A stretch of DNA of 64,000 nt from Synechococcus sp. (GTDB lineage: Bacteria; Cyanobacteriota; Cyanobacteriia; PCC-6307; Cyanobiaceae): the NCBI GenBank assembly GCA_047285535.1, contig JBJBDC010000001.1, forward strand, positions 1,024,136 to 1,088,135. The letters run 5' to 3'. Made by a program: the position numbers and the translations under genes. Each line of letters starts with the position of its first letter. Positions within the stretch are counted from its first letter, which is position 1. Below, piece by piece: positions 53,039-63,887 of the stretch. Under the pieces are notes generated by a model, which was not told where the DNA came from, searched no databases, and saw nothing but the letters and a program-made list of their open reading frames with translations.

Positions 53039-54394
53039 TTAAGTGCTCGCGTATTTCTCGGTCTTGAGCCATTTCCTGGCTTGATCGACAAAACAGGCCA
53101 GGTCCACTTTCTCCTGCTCTGCCGCCTTCGCAACCAAAAGAGGGGCCTGGCGCTTGAGATCCTCAAGATCAGGCTCCGCAACTCCCGCATTCAATGCCAT
53201 CCAATCAGCCATCGACACACCCACAACCCTGGTGAGGTAGGCCGCACTGAGTCCCTGCAACAGCCCAGCAGCCAACCATGTCCCTCCCTCAAGCTTGGCC
53301 ATTCCGAGCAGCGCCTGTCCGCTCCACTCAACAACCCCCTGACCCAGAGCGGCTGTTCCTAACTGCCGGGCGACCATCTGCAGCACCTCGACATTCCAAG
53401 AACATCCCCAGATCTGAGCCATCTCTTTCACCATCAATCCATTCACGGCAGCGACTGCGAGGAGATCAACGCTTGGAACAGGGGAAGCAATCACAACACT
53501 GGCCACAATCCACTGACTTTTCTGCAGCAGAGAGCGAAATCGTTCCCGACGTAATTGCTCTAGCTCCGTTTGCCAGCGCCGATGAAGCGATGACAACAAG
53601 CGCTGCCTTGTGATTTCACGGGTCCTAGAAGGCTGTGAAAAGTGACGACGTACAGGAAGCAAACTGCGTCTTAAATCAGCTGACTCTCCGTTCCAGCACA
53701 ACAAACGATCCGACCAAGGATTGGGTAACTGACACCTCAGAGCCTCCCGTTGCTCCTCGGAAGAACGCTCAAACGAATTTTCGATGAGCAACCACGCAGG
53801 TCGATCAGCTGGCAATTGTTCCAGTCTCAGAAGATCAGCTGCCCTCAACGGCAGCGGTAGTCCATACAAAATCACATCAAGTTGATCGAGCTCTTGAGGC
53901 CAGCTCCAACCATCAGCAACCACCGCAAGGGGCTTTGCAATGCAGAGCTCGAGTGGATTTGCACCAGCCAAAGCCGACTTGAGTAATGAAGCACCTGGAT
54001 GCGTGGCACCTTCACTGATGACCACGCCCACACTGAGAGGTGCATGCTGAGCTTTGAGATGATCAAGCTCCTGTTCACGGGGCAAACGCAACCCCTCTAA
54101 GCCCAAAGCGTGCTCAAGCTCAGTGAACTGCCCAAGAACCGTTTCACAAAGCTGGATCCATCCAGTCGTGGACGCTGGCTCTGAAAATTGGGCGGGCGTC
54201 GCGGGACGGGAAAGCCACCAGAGGCCTGCCCCTATTGCAAGAAGACCAGCACCTCCACCAGGGATATGGATGAGGTCAGTAAAAAGCCAGCCTCCCAAAG
54301 CCAAGGTTCCTCCTGCCAAAGCAAGTTTCCCTGCAATGGATGGAATCAGCTTGCTGGTGCTGATGGATGGCAAGAGATCAGCCAAACGACTCAT
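53039..54394 (-). CDS. YcjF family (DUF697) membrane protein
   Basis: N-terminal TM pair; SPVPSVDLLA.A.VNG.MV.EMA..W; Q.LSAAYLTRVVG. Confidence 0.85.
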   Translation of the reverse strand: MSRLADLLPSISTSKLIPSIAGKLALAGGTLALGGWLFTDLIHIPGGGAGLLAIGAGLWWLSRPATPAQFSEPASTTGWIQLCETVLGQFTELEHALGLEGLRLPREQELDHLKAQHAPLSVGVVISEGATHPGASLLKSALAGANPLELCIAKPLAVVADGWSWPQELDQLDVILYGLPLPLRAADLLRLEQLPADRPAWLLIENSFERSSEEQREALRCQLPNPWSDRLLCWNGESADLRRSLLPVRRHFSQPSRTREITRQRLLSSLHRRWQTELEQLRRERFRSLLQKSQWIVASVVIASPVPSVDLLAVAAVNGLMVKEMAQIWGCSWNVEVLQMVARQLGTAALGQGVVEWSGQALLGMAKLEGGTWLAAGLLQGLSAAYLTRVVGVSMADWMALNAGVAEPDLEDLKRQAPLLVAKAAEQEKVDLACFVDQARKWLKTEKYAST

Positions 54395-55165
54395 CAAATT
54401 GTGCTTCCTTAGCTCAATCTGTCTAGTTAGGACCAAAGATTGTGCACGCGTTAAGTCTGGCACCACTCATCCATCACCAACCACCAAGTCTTGAAACAAG
54501 CCCAAACTCGTCCACAAAAGGGCAAAAGGGCGTTGTTCGTGACCATCAAGAATGAACATGAGCACAGCCTTGAACGCAAACTGTTGACCAATTTGACCAG
54601 CGCATCAAAAGCCTCTATCGCGGACTCAAGGGATAGCAAGGCAGTTTTCTGATCAACCTGATCGGTCTCAACAGTTCAGGCTCAGCTGGCATGAGAGAAC
54701 GATTGAGCCAGCACCTGTGAGGCTCTTTTTGTTGACTTGGATTGTGTTTGCCATTCGCTTCCTAACTAGAGCCCACAACCAGGATTTTCATCACAGAAAG
54801 AAAGAATGCATTCACGAAGGAACTGCACCCGCAGCTTTCGGGAGTGTTCGGTTGGCATGAAGATCCCCAGAGCAGCTTCCAATGACCCACGATCCTTGAT
54901 GTCAGTTTCACTGCGCTGGATAGCCATGACCTTGAGCTGATCAAAGCGCATTCAATGATTGAGCTGATGAATGATTGAGCTGGTTGAAGTGTGACTGAGA
55001 TTCAGATCCGAACCAATCGTCAACACCCCTCCTCTCGAGCAAAAGGACGATGCCAAACCTTCAATCACTTTCTGTAAAGCACACGAATAAAAAGGGATAT
55101 CAAGAAAAACAGCAATTTGTGTTCGGCGATGCGTCACACTTGCGCCTAATTCCAGGCCTCGGGCC

Positions 55166-55666
55166 ATGACTGATTCCAACAGCGATTCCCGTCAACAGGG
55201 CAGACAAGGAGAGGGCGGCAGGGGTTCCCGTGGCAGCCGCAATTCCGGAAACAGGGAGGGTGGCGGCTTCCGAATCCGACTCAGTGACAACGAAATGAGA
55301 GCAGTCAGGTCCCTTCAAGAGGCCTTCAACCTGCGCTCAACCGTTGCTGTCCTTGGTTTTGCCGTCCGCACTCTTGCTCAGATGCTGGAGGACGGTCAAC
55401 TGAGTGAGCTAGTGGCCCAGCATCGCTCTCAAGGCAGCGGACGTCGATTCAATGCCGGTCGGGGAGAAGCCAACCGCTTAGATCTGAATCGGGGGCCACG
55501 ACCTGATCCATTTGCCAGGCCAGCCAAACCCCAACCGCCAACCCCTGAGCCTGAGGTGCTACCTCAACTCGATGCTGTCGCTGAACAAGAACAGCAACCA
55601 GTTGTTGGCATGAGCGAGATGGCTGGTTCTCAAGCGACCGAACAAAACGCTGAGACAGGAGCTTGA
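55166..55666 (+). CDS. Conserved hypothetical protein upstream of trpS
   Basis: GGFRIRLSDNE..A...LQEAF.LRSTVAVLGFA.RTL core with disordered flanks. Confidence 0.85.
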   Translation: MTDSNSDSRQQGRQGEGGRGSRGSRNSGNREGGGFRIRLSDNEMRAVRSLQEAFNLRSTVAVLGFAVRTLAQMLEDGQLSELVAQHRSQGSGRRFNAGRGEANRLDLNRGPRPDPFARPAKPQPPTPEPEVLPQLDAVAEQEQQPVVGMSEMAGSQATEQNAETGA

Positions 55667-55669
55667 TCA

Positions 55670-56683
55670 ATGGGGCGGCCGAGGGTTCTCTCCGGCGTTC
55701 AACCAACCGGCGCTCTGCACTTGGGCAATTGGTTGGGCGCCATTCGCAACTGGGTAGATCTGCAGCACAATCACGACACTTTTTTTTGTGTTGTTGATCT
55801 CCATGCCATTACCGTTCCGCACCAACCCGATCGCTTAGCAAAAAACACTCTCAGCACGGCTGCCCTTTATCTGGCTTGCGGACTCGATCCAGACCTCTCA
55901 ACGGTGTTTGTACAGAGCCAAGTCAGAGCTCACAGCGAGCTTTGCTGGCTGCTCAACTGCGTCACCCCCCTGAACTGGCTTGAGCGGATGATTCAGTTCA
56001 AAGAGAAAGCTTTGAAGCAAGGCGACAACGTGTCGGTGGGACTTCTGGACTACCCCGTGCTGATGGCCGCCGACATCCTCCTCTATGACGCCGATCTCGT
56101 TCCCGTTGGAGAAGACCAAAAACAACATTTGGAGTTGGCACGTGACATCGCCCAACAACGGGTCAACGCTCGCTTCGGATCAGAGGAAAGCCCACTACTT
56201 CAGGTTCCAAAGCCATTAATCATGCGAGAGGGAGCAAGGGTGATGAGCCTCACCAATGGTCAGAACAAGATGAGCAAAAGTGATCCAAACGACAACAGTC
56301 GCATCACTCTCCTCGATTCCCCTGAGGTGATCACCAAGAAGATCAAAAGGGCAAAGACCGATCCTCAAATGGGTTTGGAGTTTGACAATCCAGAACGACC
56401 AGAAACAGACAACCTGCTGAGCCTCTATGCCCTTCTCAGCGGCAAGGGACGATCAAAGGCCTTTGAAGAGTGCTCAGAGATGGGATGGGGTCGATTCAAG
56501 CCTTTGTTAACAGAGGCCACTGTGAATGCTCTGGAGCCGATCCAACGCCGATACAACGAGCTGATGGATGACCGCGCCGAGCTTGAGAGCGTGCTGAAAC
56601 AAGGCCAGGATCGCGCTGAAAGCGTGGCAACAGCAACAGTGGACCGCGTGCGCAACGCGATGGGATTCCTGAGAATGACCTAA
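55670..56683 (+). CDS. trpS: Tryptophan--tRNA ligase
   Basis: SGVQPTG.LHLGN, YPVLMAADIL, VPVGEDQ.QH, KMSKS. Confidence 0.98.
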   Translation: MGRPRVLSGVQPTGALHLGNWLGAIRNWVDLQHNHDTFFCVVDLHAITVPHQPDRLAKNTLSTAALYLACGLDPDLSTVFVQSQVRAHSELCWLLNCVTPLNWLERMIQFKEKALKQGDNVSVGLLDYPVLMAADILLYDADLVPVGEDQKQHLELARDIAQQRVNARFGSEESPLLQVPKPLIMREGARVMSLTNGQNKMSKSDPNDNSRITLLDSPEVITKKIKRAKTDPQMGLEFDNPERPETDNLLSLYALLSGKGRSKAFEECSEMGWGRFKPLLTEATVNALEPIQRRYNELMDDRAELESVLKQGQDRAESVATATVDRVRNAMGFLRMT

Positions 56684-56900
56684 TCAATCAGGCCAACTTT
56701 GAAAAGTTTGTCTAATCACAAAATCCCTTGAAGAGGGCTTGACGTCATACCCCAATGACGTCAAGAGAGCTCGCCAAGGCAATGCGTCTCGCGAGTCTTG
56801 AACAGGGATTAAATTAAGTGTTTCTGCTCATGCACAATTCATAGGCACACGTCAAGGCCGGTAGGAGAAGACTCGCCAAAACCCTCTACTACTGACGAAG

Positions 56901-57605
56901 GTGGAGTCCACCTCTACGGAATTCCACCTTTTGTTGAGCCCCTTCACCAAGCTGCATAACACCGTCTTACCAGTCTTCAGACAAGCCAGTGGTGTCAGTG
57001 CTGTAAGCCTGGGGCTGTTTTTCGCTCTTGGCCACAGCCTTCATGCCGAACGCTCTACCGAAAAACTTGAACAAGCAGCCAGGGTGGCCTCAGCCCTGAA
57101 AAAAGACGTCGACACCGATCAAAAAGCTACCCCCTACAAGATCACTCCAGAACGACGTGCATTGCTAAACACCATTCGTTATGCGGAAGGAACTTGGAAA
57201 GACGGTCATGATCTTGGTTACCGGATTCTCTACGGAGGAGGTCAGTTTGATGATCTCTCAAAGCATCCAGAGAAGGTCATCGTTAAGCGATATACAAGTG
57301 CTGCAGCCGGCGCCTATCAATTTTTGCCGACGACCTGGAGAGAAGTGTCTAGCAGTTTGAATTTACCCAATTTCTCTCCAAAGCATCAGGACCAAGCCGC
57401 TCTTCATCTGGTTAAAAGACGAGGCGCACTAAACGAAGTTGATCAAAAAGGCCTTACTGAAAAAGCCATGAATAGTTTGGCGCCTGAATGGGCATCATTT
57501 CCAACCCACGCTGGGAAAAGTGCGTATGGACAGCCCGTGAAGAGCCATGCTGAGCTAGCCAGATTTTATTCCAAGAATCTTCAGGAGCTCCGTCAGGGCG
57601 CTTGA
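56901..57605 (+). CDS. Glycoside hydrolase family 104 (lambda-lysozyme-like muramidase)
   Basis: ALLNTIRYAEGT, SAAAGAYQFL..TW, F.P..QD.AA, EWASFP, YGQ; true start may be slightly downstream. Confidence 0.92.
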   Translation: MESTSTEFHLLLSPFTKLHNTVLPVFRQASGVSAVSLGLFFALGHSLHAERSTEKLEQAARVASALKKDVDTDQKATPYKITPERRALLNTIRYAEGTWKDGHDLGYRILYGGGQFDDLSKHPEKVIVKRYTSAAAGAYQFLPTTWREVSSSLNLPNFSPKHQDQAALHLVKRRGALNEVDQKGLTEKAMNSLAPEWASFPTHAGKSAYGQPVKSHAELARFYSKNLQELRQGA

Positions 57606-57918
57606 TGTGAATCCTGGGCATTCGCCTTCAAGATATGAGCGGCGAGATTCCAGACCTCTATGCCCAGATGATTCCCTCGAGCAAACATATCCATCGAATT
57701 TGTCATTGCTGCAGGTGTCTGCTTCACCAGAGATCTAGGGGAAGCGATAGCTCTGCGGCTCTCATCTCTGCGAAAGGCCATCGCCTAAAGGTTCTCCACT
57801 CCCAATACCGAATCGGGGCAAACTTTTAACGATCCTGGCCATCAGGAACCAAAAGGCTGAAATCGTGAAAGAAAAAATCCAACAACGATTTGAGGAGTGC
57901 TTCAGCCTCTTCATTCAT
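57593..57918 (-). pseudogene. DUF2605 family pseudogene
   Basis: LL..LLD.F..DF, FWF, L..CPDSVL, RRAIA..RSL, EVW.LA spread over three frames; TAG at 57785-57787. Confidence 0.8.
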
Positions 57919-57943
57919 GGTGAATTAAACGCACACCAATAGG

Positions 57944-59782
57944 ATGGCGGGCCCTGAACAGGAAATGGTGAGCAGAGACGCAGCAACCACATCAGCACAA
58001 TCCCCGCAGGTGGTTCTGCCCAAGACCAGCGACAGCGAGACGCTGCTGAAAATTCGACACTCCATGAGTCATGTCATGGCCATGGCGGTTCAGAAGCTAT
58101 TTCCAGCAGCCCAGGTGACCATCGGACCCTGGACCGAATCAGGCTTTTATTACGACTTCGACAACCCAGAACCCTTCACGGAAGCCGACCTCAAGGCCAT
58201 CAAGAAGGAAATGGGAAAAATTATTGGCCGCAAACTCCCCTTGGAGCGCATTGAAGTGAGTCGCGCAGAAGCAGAACGACGAATCAAGGCCCAAAACGAG
58301 CCCTACAAATTAGAAATTCTCGAGAGGTTGGTCGAGCCAATCACTCTTTACACCCTGGGCGAGCAATGGTGGGACCTGTGTGCAGGCCCTCATGTGACCA
58401 ACACCAGTGAGCTCAATCCGAAGGCCTTTGAACTCGAAAGTGTGGCCGGTGCTTATTGGCGTGGTGACGAAACAAAAGCACAACTTCAAAGGATCTACGG
58501 CACCGCTTGGGAGACTGCAGACCAACTTGCAGAGCACAGGAGGCGCAAGGAAGAAGCACTGCGTCGTGATCATCGGCGCCTAGGGAAAGATCTCGATCTG
58601 TTCTCCATCGAGGACGAGGCTGGCGCAGGACTTGTGTTCTGGCATCCCCGAGGTGCGCGCATGCGTCTTTTAATTGAAGACTTTTGGCGCCAAGCCCATT
58701 TTGAGGGGGGGTACGAACTCCTCTACACCCCTCACGTTGCGGACATCAGCCTTTGGAAAACCTCAGGACATCTTGATTTTTATGCGGAGAGCATGTTTGG
58801 ACCAATGGAGGTGGATGAGAGGGAATATCAGCTCAAGCCGATGAACTGCCCGTTCCACGTCTTGACCTACGCCAGCAAACTTCGCAGCTATCGGGAATTA
58901 CCGATCCGATGGGCAGAGCTCGGTACCGTTTATCGCTATGAACGCCCTGGAGTGATGCATGGACTGATGAGAGTGCGAGGCTTCACTCAAGACGATGCTC
59001 ATGTGTTCTGCCTGCCCGAACAAATCAGTGATGAGATCTTACGCATCCTTGACTTAACAGAACGAATACTGTCGAGATTTGATTTCAGCAATTACGAAAT
59101 CAATCTTTCAACAAAACCTGAAAAAGCCATCGGGAATAACGCAGTTTGGGAACTCGCAACCAAAGGACTGATTGAAGCTCTTGAACGAAAGGGATGGAGC
59201 TACAAAATTGACGAGGGAGGAGGAGCATTTTATGGACCAAAAATCGATCTCAAGATTGAGGATGCAATTGGTCGAATGTGGCAATGTTCAACTATCCAAC
59301 TCGATTTCAATCTACCTGAGCGATTCAAGCTCGATTACATAGCTGCTAACGGGAACAAAGAGAGACCGATCATGATTCACCGAGCCATTTTTGGGTCTCT
59401 CGAACGATTTTTCGGAATTATGACCGAAAACTACGCAGGAGATTTTCCCTTTTGGCTGGCCCCAGAACAAATTCGATTACTGCCTGTGACTGACGAGGTG
59501 ATGGGCTATGCGGAAGATCTACTAAGCAAGCTAAAAGCTGCTGGAATCCGCTCCAGCATTGATCGCAGCGGCGACCGACTCGGAAAACTCATCCGCACCG
59601 GAGAGCAAATAAAAATTCCTGTACTCGCTGTCATTGGAACCAAAGAAGCTGAAAAAGGCACCGCAAGCCTGCGCAGCCGTCGAGATGGTGATCTAGGCAC
59701 TGTGACGTCAGAACGCCTAATCAGCACAGCGCAATCGGCAAATGAAGAGCGATTGGCCTCTCTTTGTTTCTCCACACAGTAA
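57944..59782 (+). CDS. thrS: Threonine--tRNA ligase
   Basis: RHSMSH, DLCAGPH, RDHRRLG, LKPMNCP, YRYE, GAFYGPKID, MIHRA. Confidence 0.99.
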   Translation: MAGPEQEMVSRDAATTSAQSPQVVLPKTSDSETLLKIRHSMSHVMAMAVQKLFPAAQVTIGPWTESGFYYDFDNPEPFTEADLKAIKKEMGKIIGRKLPLERIEVSRAEAERRIKAQNEPYKLEILERLVEPITLYTLGEQWWDLCAGPHVTNTSELNPKAFELESVAGAYWRGDETKAQLQRIYGTAWETADQLAEHRRRKEEALRRDHRRLGKDLDLFSIEDEAGAGLVFWHPRGARMRLLIEDFWRQAHFEGGYELLYTPHVADISLWKTSGHLDFYAESMFGPMEVDEREYQLKPMNCPFHVLTYASKLRSYRELPIRWAELGTVYRYERPGVMHGLMRVRGFTQDDAHVFCLPEQISDEILRILDLTERILSRFDFSNYEINLSTKPEKAIGNNAVWELATKGLIEALERKGWSYKIDEGGGAFYGPKIDLKIEDAIGRMWQCSTIQLDFNLPERFKLDYIAANGNKERPIMIHRAIFGSLERFFGIMTENYAGDFPFWLAPEQIRLLPVTDEVMGYAEDLLSKLKAAGIRSSIDRSGDRLGKLIRTGEQIKIPVLAVIGTKEAEKGTASLRSRRDGDLGTVTSERLISTAQSANEERLASLCFSTQ

Positions 59783-59793
59783 GAGCATTTTTC

Positions 59794-60189
59794 ATGAGCC
59801 ATCCTCCCATTCAATCTCTTTCAAATCTCAATCGATTGCGCACTGCACCCTCACTCACATTGAGCGAGAAGAATCTTCTAAAAAGCGAACTTATTCTTGA
59901 GATGGCTAACTACTCGTGGTTCACCATTGGGGTGATGGCATCTTCAAATGTTTTAGCCCTTCAGTCCTACAGAGAACTGGAAGTTAGCCAGGGGTGGGAG
60001 ACACTTCCCCTTGCAGCCACGACAGAAGACAGCGGTCCTGTCTATCTCAAGGCAAACCAAAAGACCCGTTCAGTCCGTATCAGAATTGAACACGGCCTGG
60101 GATCTGGAATTTTAATTAGTGGCCACGGGCAAAATGATGAGCAGGCCGTCACGATTTGGGGGCCACTACCCCTTGACTTCTTTGCCTGA
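59794..60189 (+). CDS. DUF1824 family protein
   Basis: WFTIGVMA; GPVYLKANQ; WGPLPLDFF. Confidence 0.85.
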   Translation: MSHPPIQSLSNLNRLRTAPSLTLSEKNLLKSELILEMANYSWFTIGVMASSNVLALQSYRELEVSQGWETLPLAATTEDSGPVYLKANQKTRSVRIRIEHGLGSGILISGHGQNDEQAVTIWGPLPLDFFA

Positions 60190-60254
60190 ATACAATTTGT
60201 TGCCGGCCGCATGAGTTATTCGCAGGCTGTAACAAGCCTCTCGGGATGTCTCTT

Positions 60255-61292
60255 ATGGCCACCTCTACTCTTCTTGCTGGAGATATGGGAGGGACCAAAA
60301 CCCTTCTTGCTCTATTTGGTTTTGAAGGTGGGCAACTCACTAAGCTCCATCACCAACGCTTCATTTCCAAGGAATGGACATCGCTTAACCCAATGCTGGA
60401 GGCTTTTCTGAACAACAGGCCAAGCGATCTCCTAGCACCCAAACATGGTTGTCTTGCAGTCGCGGGTCCGGTGCGAAACGGCAGGGCTCAGATCACGAAC
60501 CTGCCTTGGCAACTCAAAGAAAAACAATTAGCGACCGACGCCTCTTTATCGCAACTCGAACTGGTCAACGACTTTGGCGTTTTGATTTATGGATTGCCCC
60601 ACTTCCAGGAAAAACAACAAGTTGTCCTACAAGATGGAACCCAAGATGAAGGCCCCCTGGCAATCCTTGGCGCAGGAACTGGCTTAGGAATGGCCCGTGG
60701 AATACATTCCAGCAATGGCCTCATTGCTCTGACGAGTGAGGGGGGGCATCGAGAATTTGCTCCTCGCACTGAGGAAGAGTGGGAACTGGCCTGCTGGCTG
60801 AAAGACACTCTCAACCTGAAGCGCTTATCGATTGAACGCGTGGTGAGCGGTACCGGACTTGGGCACATCGCGCATTGGCTTCTTCAAAAGCCCGAAGCAG
60901 AGCAACACCCCTTGCTCCCTATCTCAAAACGATGGAAGAAAGACAATTGTTGCGATTTACCTGCCCAGGCAAGCCTTGCCGCAGAAGAAGGAGATCCCTT
61001 AATGATGAAGGCAAGGCAAATCTGGCTGTCCGCTTACGGGTCAGCAGCAGGCGATCTAGCTCTGCAGGAGCTCTGCACAGGCGGACTTTGGATTGGTGGC
61101 GGGACTGCATCCAAACAACTGACTGGACTTCAGTCAGCAACGTTTCTCAATGCAATGCGGCAAAAAGGTCGATTTAACAACCTGATCAGCGAGCTCAGAG
61201 TGACAGCCGTCATCGACCCTGAGGCAGGCCTTTTTAGTGCAGCCTGTCGAGCCAGGACCCTGGCTGAGTCGAGTAGTGGGACACTGTCTTAA
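60255..61292 (+). CDS. glk: Glucokinase
   Basis: GDMGGTKT, AVAGPV, TNLPW, VNDF, GAGTGLG, SEGGH, ERVVSG. Confidence 0.96.
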   Translation: MATSTLLAGDMGGTKTLLALFGFEGGQLTKLHHQRFISKEWTSLNPMLEAFLNNRPSDLLAPKHGCLAVAGPVRNGRAQITNLPWQLKEKQLATDASLSQLELVNDFGVLIYGLPHFQEKQQVVLQDGTQDEGPLAILGAGTGLGMARGIHSSNGLIALTSEGGHREFAPRTEEEWELACWLKDTLNLKRLSIERVVSGTGLGHIAHWLLQKPEAEQHPLLPISKRWKKDNCCDLPAQASLAAEEGDPLMMKARQIWLSAYGSAAGDLALQELCTGGLWIGGGTASKQLTGLQSATFLNAMRQKGRFNNLISELRVTAVIDPEAGLFSAACRARTLAESSSGTLS

Positions 61293-61306
61293 GTAGAGAT
61301 GTTGGG

Positions 61307-62254
61307 ATGGCGCAGCCGCGCATCGGCCAAACAGTGGTGGTGGATGTTCCCGCAACCACCGCAAATATCGGACCAGGATTCGATTGTCTAGGTGCTGCTC
61401 TGGATCTCAACAATCGCTTCATCATGAGCCGCATTGAGGGAGATGGGGAGCGATTTGAACTGATCATCGAGGGGCAAGAGGGTTCGCACTTAAGAGGTGG
61501 GCCTGACAATCTCGTGTATCGAGCCGCACAGCGTGTCTGGAAAGCAGCTGGCCAGGAGCCAGTGGCTCTTGAAGCTCGGGTGCGTTTAGCCGTTCCACCA
61601 GCCAGGGGGTTAGGAAGCAGCGCTACGGCAATCGTGGCCGGACTCGTGGGAGCCAATGCCCTTGTCGGGGAACCGCTGAGTCGAGAGAAATTACTTGAGC
61701 TTGCGATCGACATCGAAGGGCATCCAGACAATGTGGTTCCTTCGCTGCTGGGAGGGCTTTGCATGACAGCGAAAGCTGCTTCTCAACGCTGGCGAGTAGT
61801 GCGTTGTGAATGGATGCACAACATCAAAGCCGTGGTTGCCATCCCAAGCATTCGTCTCAGCACCAGTGAAGCGAGGCGTGCCATGCCGAAATCGGTTCCC
61901 ATCGGTGATGCTGTCGTCAACCTTGGAGCACTTACCCTTTTGCTTCAAGGTCTAAGAACTGGCAACGGAGATTTGATCTCCGACGGAATGCATGACCGCC
62001 TTCATGAACCCTATCGATGGCGGCTGATCAAAGGTGGGAAGGAAGTTAAAGAGGCCGCTCTTGCAGCGGGAGCCTGGGGATGCGCGATCAGTGGTGCTGG
62101 TCCGAGCATTTTGGCTCTTTGTTCAGAAGAGAACGGCGAAGACGTTAGTCACGCCATGGTGAAAGCCTGGAAAGCAGCTGGAGTTGCTAGCCGTGCCCCA
62201 CTGCTTAGCCTTCAAACCGCAGGAAGCCACTGGCAACCCCAAAATACTGAGTAG
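61307..62254 (+). CDS. thrB: Homoserine kinase
   Basis: [33 protein letters not shown]. Confidence 0.98.
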   Translation: MAQPRIGQTVVVDVPATTANIGPGFDCLGAALDLNNRFIMSRIEGDGERFELIIEGQEGSHLRGGPDNLVYRAAQRVWKAAGQEPVALEARVRLAVPPARGLGSSATAIVAGLVGANALVGEPLSREKLLELAIDIEGHPDNVVPSLLGGLCMTAKAASQRWRVVRCEWMHNIKAVVAIPSIRLSTSEARRAMPKSVPIGDAVVNLGALTLLLQGLRTGNGDLISDGMHDRLHEPYRWRLIKGGKEVKEAALAAGAWGCAISGAGPSILALCSEENGEDVSHAMVKAWKAAGVASRAPLLSLQTAGSHWQPQNTE

Positions 62255-62310
62255 ATCTACCCAGAAAGCCCCCCGGAGCTGATAAGTTCATTAACATTCT
62301 GTCTCATGCT

Positions 62311-63882
62311 ATGGACGCCAATTTGCCGCTGACAACTGCGTCTCAGGCAACGTTCCCCTGGCTCTCCCTCATCGTTTTGCTCCCTGCAGCAATGGCACTT
62401 CTCATGCCATTGCTCCCTGAAGATGAATCGCAGCAATCACCTTTGCCGCGGAATCTGAGTATCGGCGTTCTTCTCATCGATCTCGTCCTGATGCTGGTGG
62501 TCTTCAGCCGGGAATTCGATCCCAGCAACAGCAGTCTTCAGCTCGTTGAACGAGTGAGCTGGCTTCCATCCATTGGTCTGGAATGGTCGCTGGGAGCCGA
62601 TGGACTCTCAGCTCCATTAGTTGTACTGAGCGGCCTTGTCACACTTCTTTCCGTTGCAGCAAGCTGGAACGTTCAACACAAAACGAAGCTCTACTTCGGC
62701 CTTCTTCTGGTTCAAGCCTCCGCCCAGGGACTGGTGTTCCTTTCTCAGGATTTTCTGCTCTTTTTTCTGGCTTGGGAGCTGGAACTGGTTCCGGTTTACC
62801 TCTTGATCGCCATCTGGGGTGGCAGCAATCGTCAATATGCAGCAACAAAATTCATCCTCTATACAGCTGTCGCTTCCTTGCTGATTTTGATCAGTGGACT
62901 CGCTCTGGCTCTTTCCGGGGATTCCTTCACACTCAACCTGACTGAATTAGCGACTCGATCTCCAGGGGGGAGCTTTGGTCTGCTCTGTTATCTCGGCTTT
63001 TTAATCGGGTTCGGGGTGAAGCTACCGATGTTCCCGCTGCATACCTGGCTTCCAGACGCCCATGGCGAAGCCAATGCTCCTGTGTCCATGTTGCTGGCTG
63101 GAGTGCTCTTGAAAATGGGCGGATATGCCTTGCTGCGCTTCAACGTTCAGATGCTTCCAGAGGCTCACTTGATCTTGGCACCTGCTCTGATCGTTCTTGG
63201 CATCGTCAACATCATCTACGGAGCCCTCAATGCCTTCGCTCAAGACAATGTCAAACGGCGTATTGCCTGCAGTTCCGTGAGCCATATGGGCTTTGTTTTG
63301 CTTGGCATCGGTGCGGTAGATGCCCTCAGCCTGAGTGGAGCCATGCTGCAGATGATTAGTCACGGACTCATCGCAGCAGCCATGTTCTTTGTGACAGGTT
63401 GCTTTTATGAACGCACGAAAACACTCTCCATTCCAAACATGGGCGGACTAGCCAAAGTTCTGCCGATCACCTTCGCTTTTTTCCTAACCAGCTCGCTTGC
63501 ATCGCTGGCTTTACCAGGCATGAGTGGATTCATTAGTGAAATCACCATTTTCCTTGGCATTACCAGTCAGGAGAATTTCACCACCATGTTCCGCATCACC
63601 ACCATTGCGATTGCAGCCATCGGCCTTGTGCTGACACCGATTTATCTCCTCTCCATGTGCAGGCGGGTGTTCTTCGGCCCCAGGATTCCAGCCCTTGCTT
63701 TTATCGATGACATGCGACCACGAGAACTCGTGATTGGACTTGCCCTGATGGTTCCCACATTGGTGATTGGAATCTGGCCTCGCATTGCGATGGATTTCTA
63801 TGAAGCCGCCACTGAGACTCTCGCCTCCGATCTCGGCACTCATAGCCTGGTAGCTCTCACGACCCTGCTTCCGGCGGGCTGA
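62311..63882 (+). CDS. ndhD: NAD(P)H-quinone oxidoreductase subunit 4
   Basis: [35 protein letters not shown]. Confidence 0.96.
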   Translation: MDANLPLTTASQATFPWLSLIVLLPAAMALLMPLLPEDESQQSPLPRNLSIGVLLIDLVLMLVVFSREFDPSNSSLQLVERVSWLPSIGLEWSLGADGLSAPLVVLSGLVTLLSVAASWNVQHKTKLYFGLLLVQASAQGLVFLSQDFLLFFLAWELELVPVYLLIAIWGGSNRQYAATKFILYTAVASLLILISGLALALSGDSFTLNLTELATRSPGGSFGLLCYLGFLIGFGVKLPMFPLHTWLPDAHGEANAPVSMLLAGVLLKMGGYALLRFNVQMLPEAHLILAPALIVLGIVNIIYGALNAFAQDNVKRRIACSSVSHMGFVLLGIGAVDALSLSGAMLQMISHGLIAAAMFFVTGCFYERTKTLSIPNMGGLAKVLPITFAFFLTSSLASLALPGMSGFISEITIFLGITSQENFTTMFRITTIAIAAIGLVLTPIYLLSMCRRVFFGPRIPALAFIDDMRPRELVIGLALMVPTLVIGIWPRIAMDFYEAATETLASDLGTHSLVALTTLLPAG

Positions 63883-63887
63883 CAGTC

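Noticed and set aside
56901..57605. Lysozyme as a prophage marker
   Set aside because: No holin, structural or integrase genes nearby; it has an N-terminal export-like segment and sits among housekeeping genes
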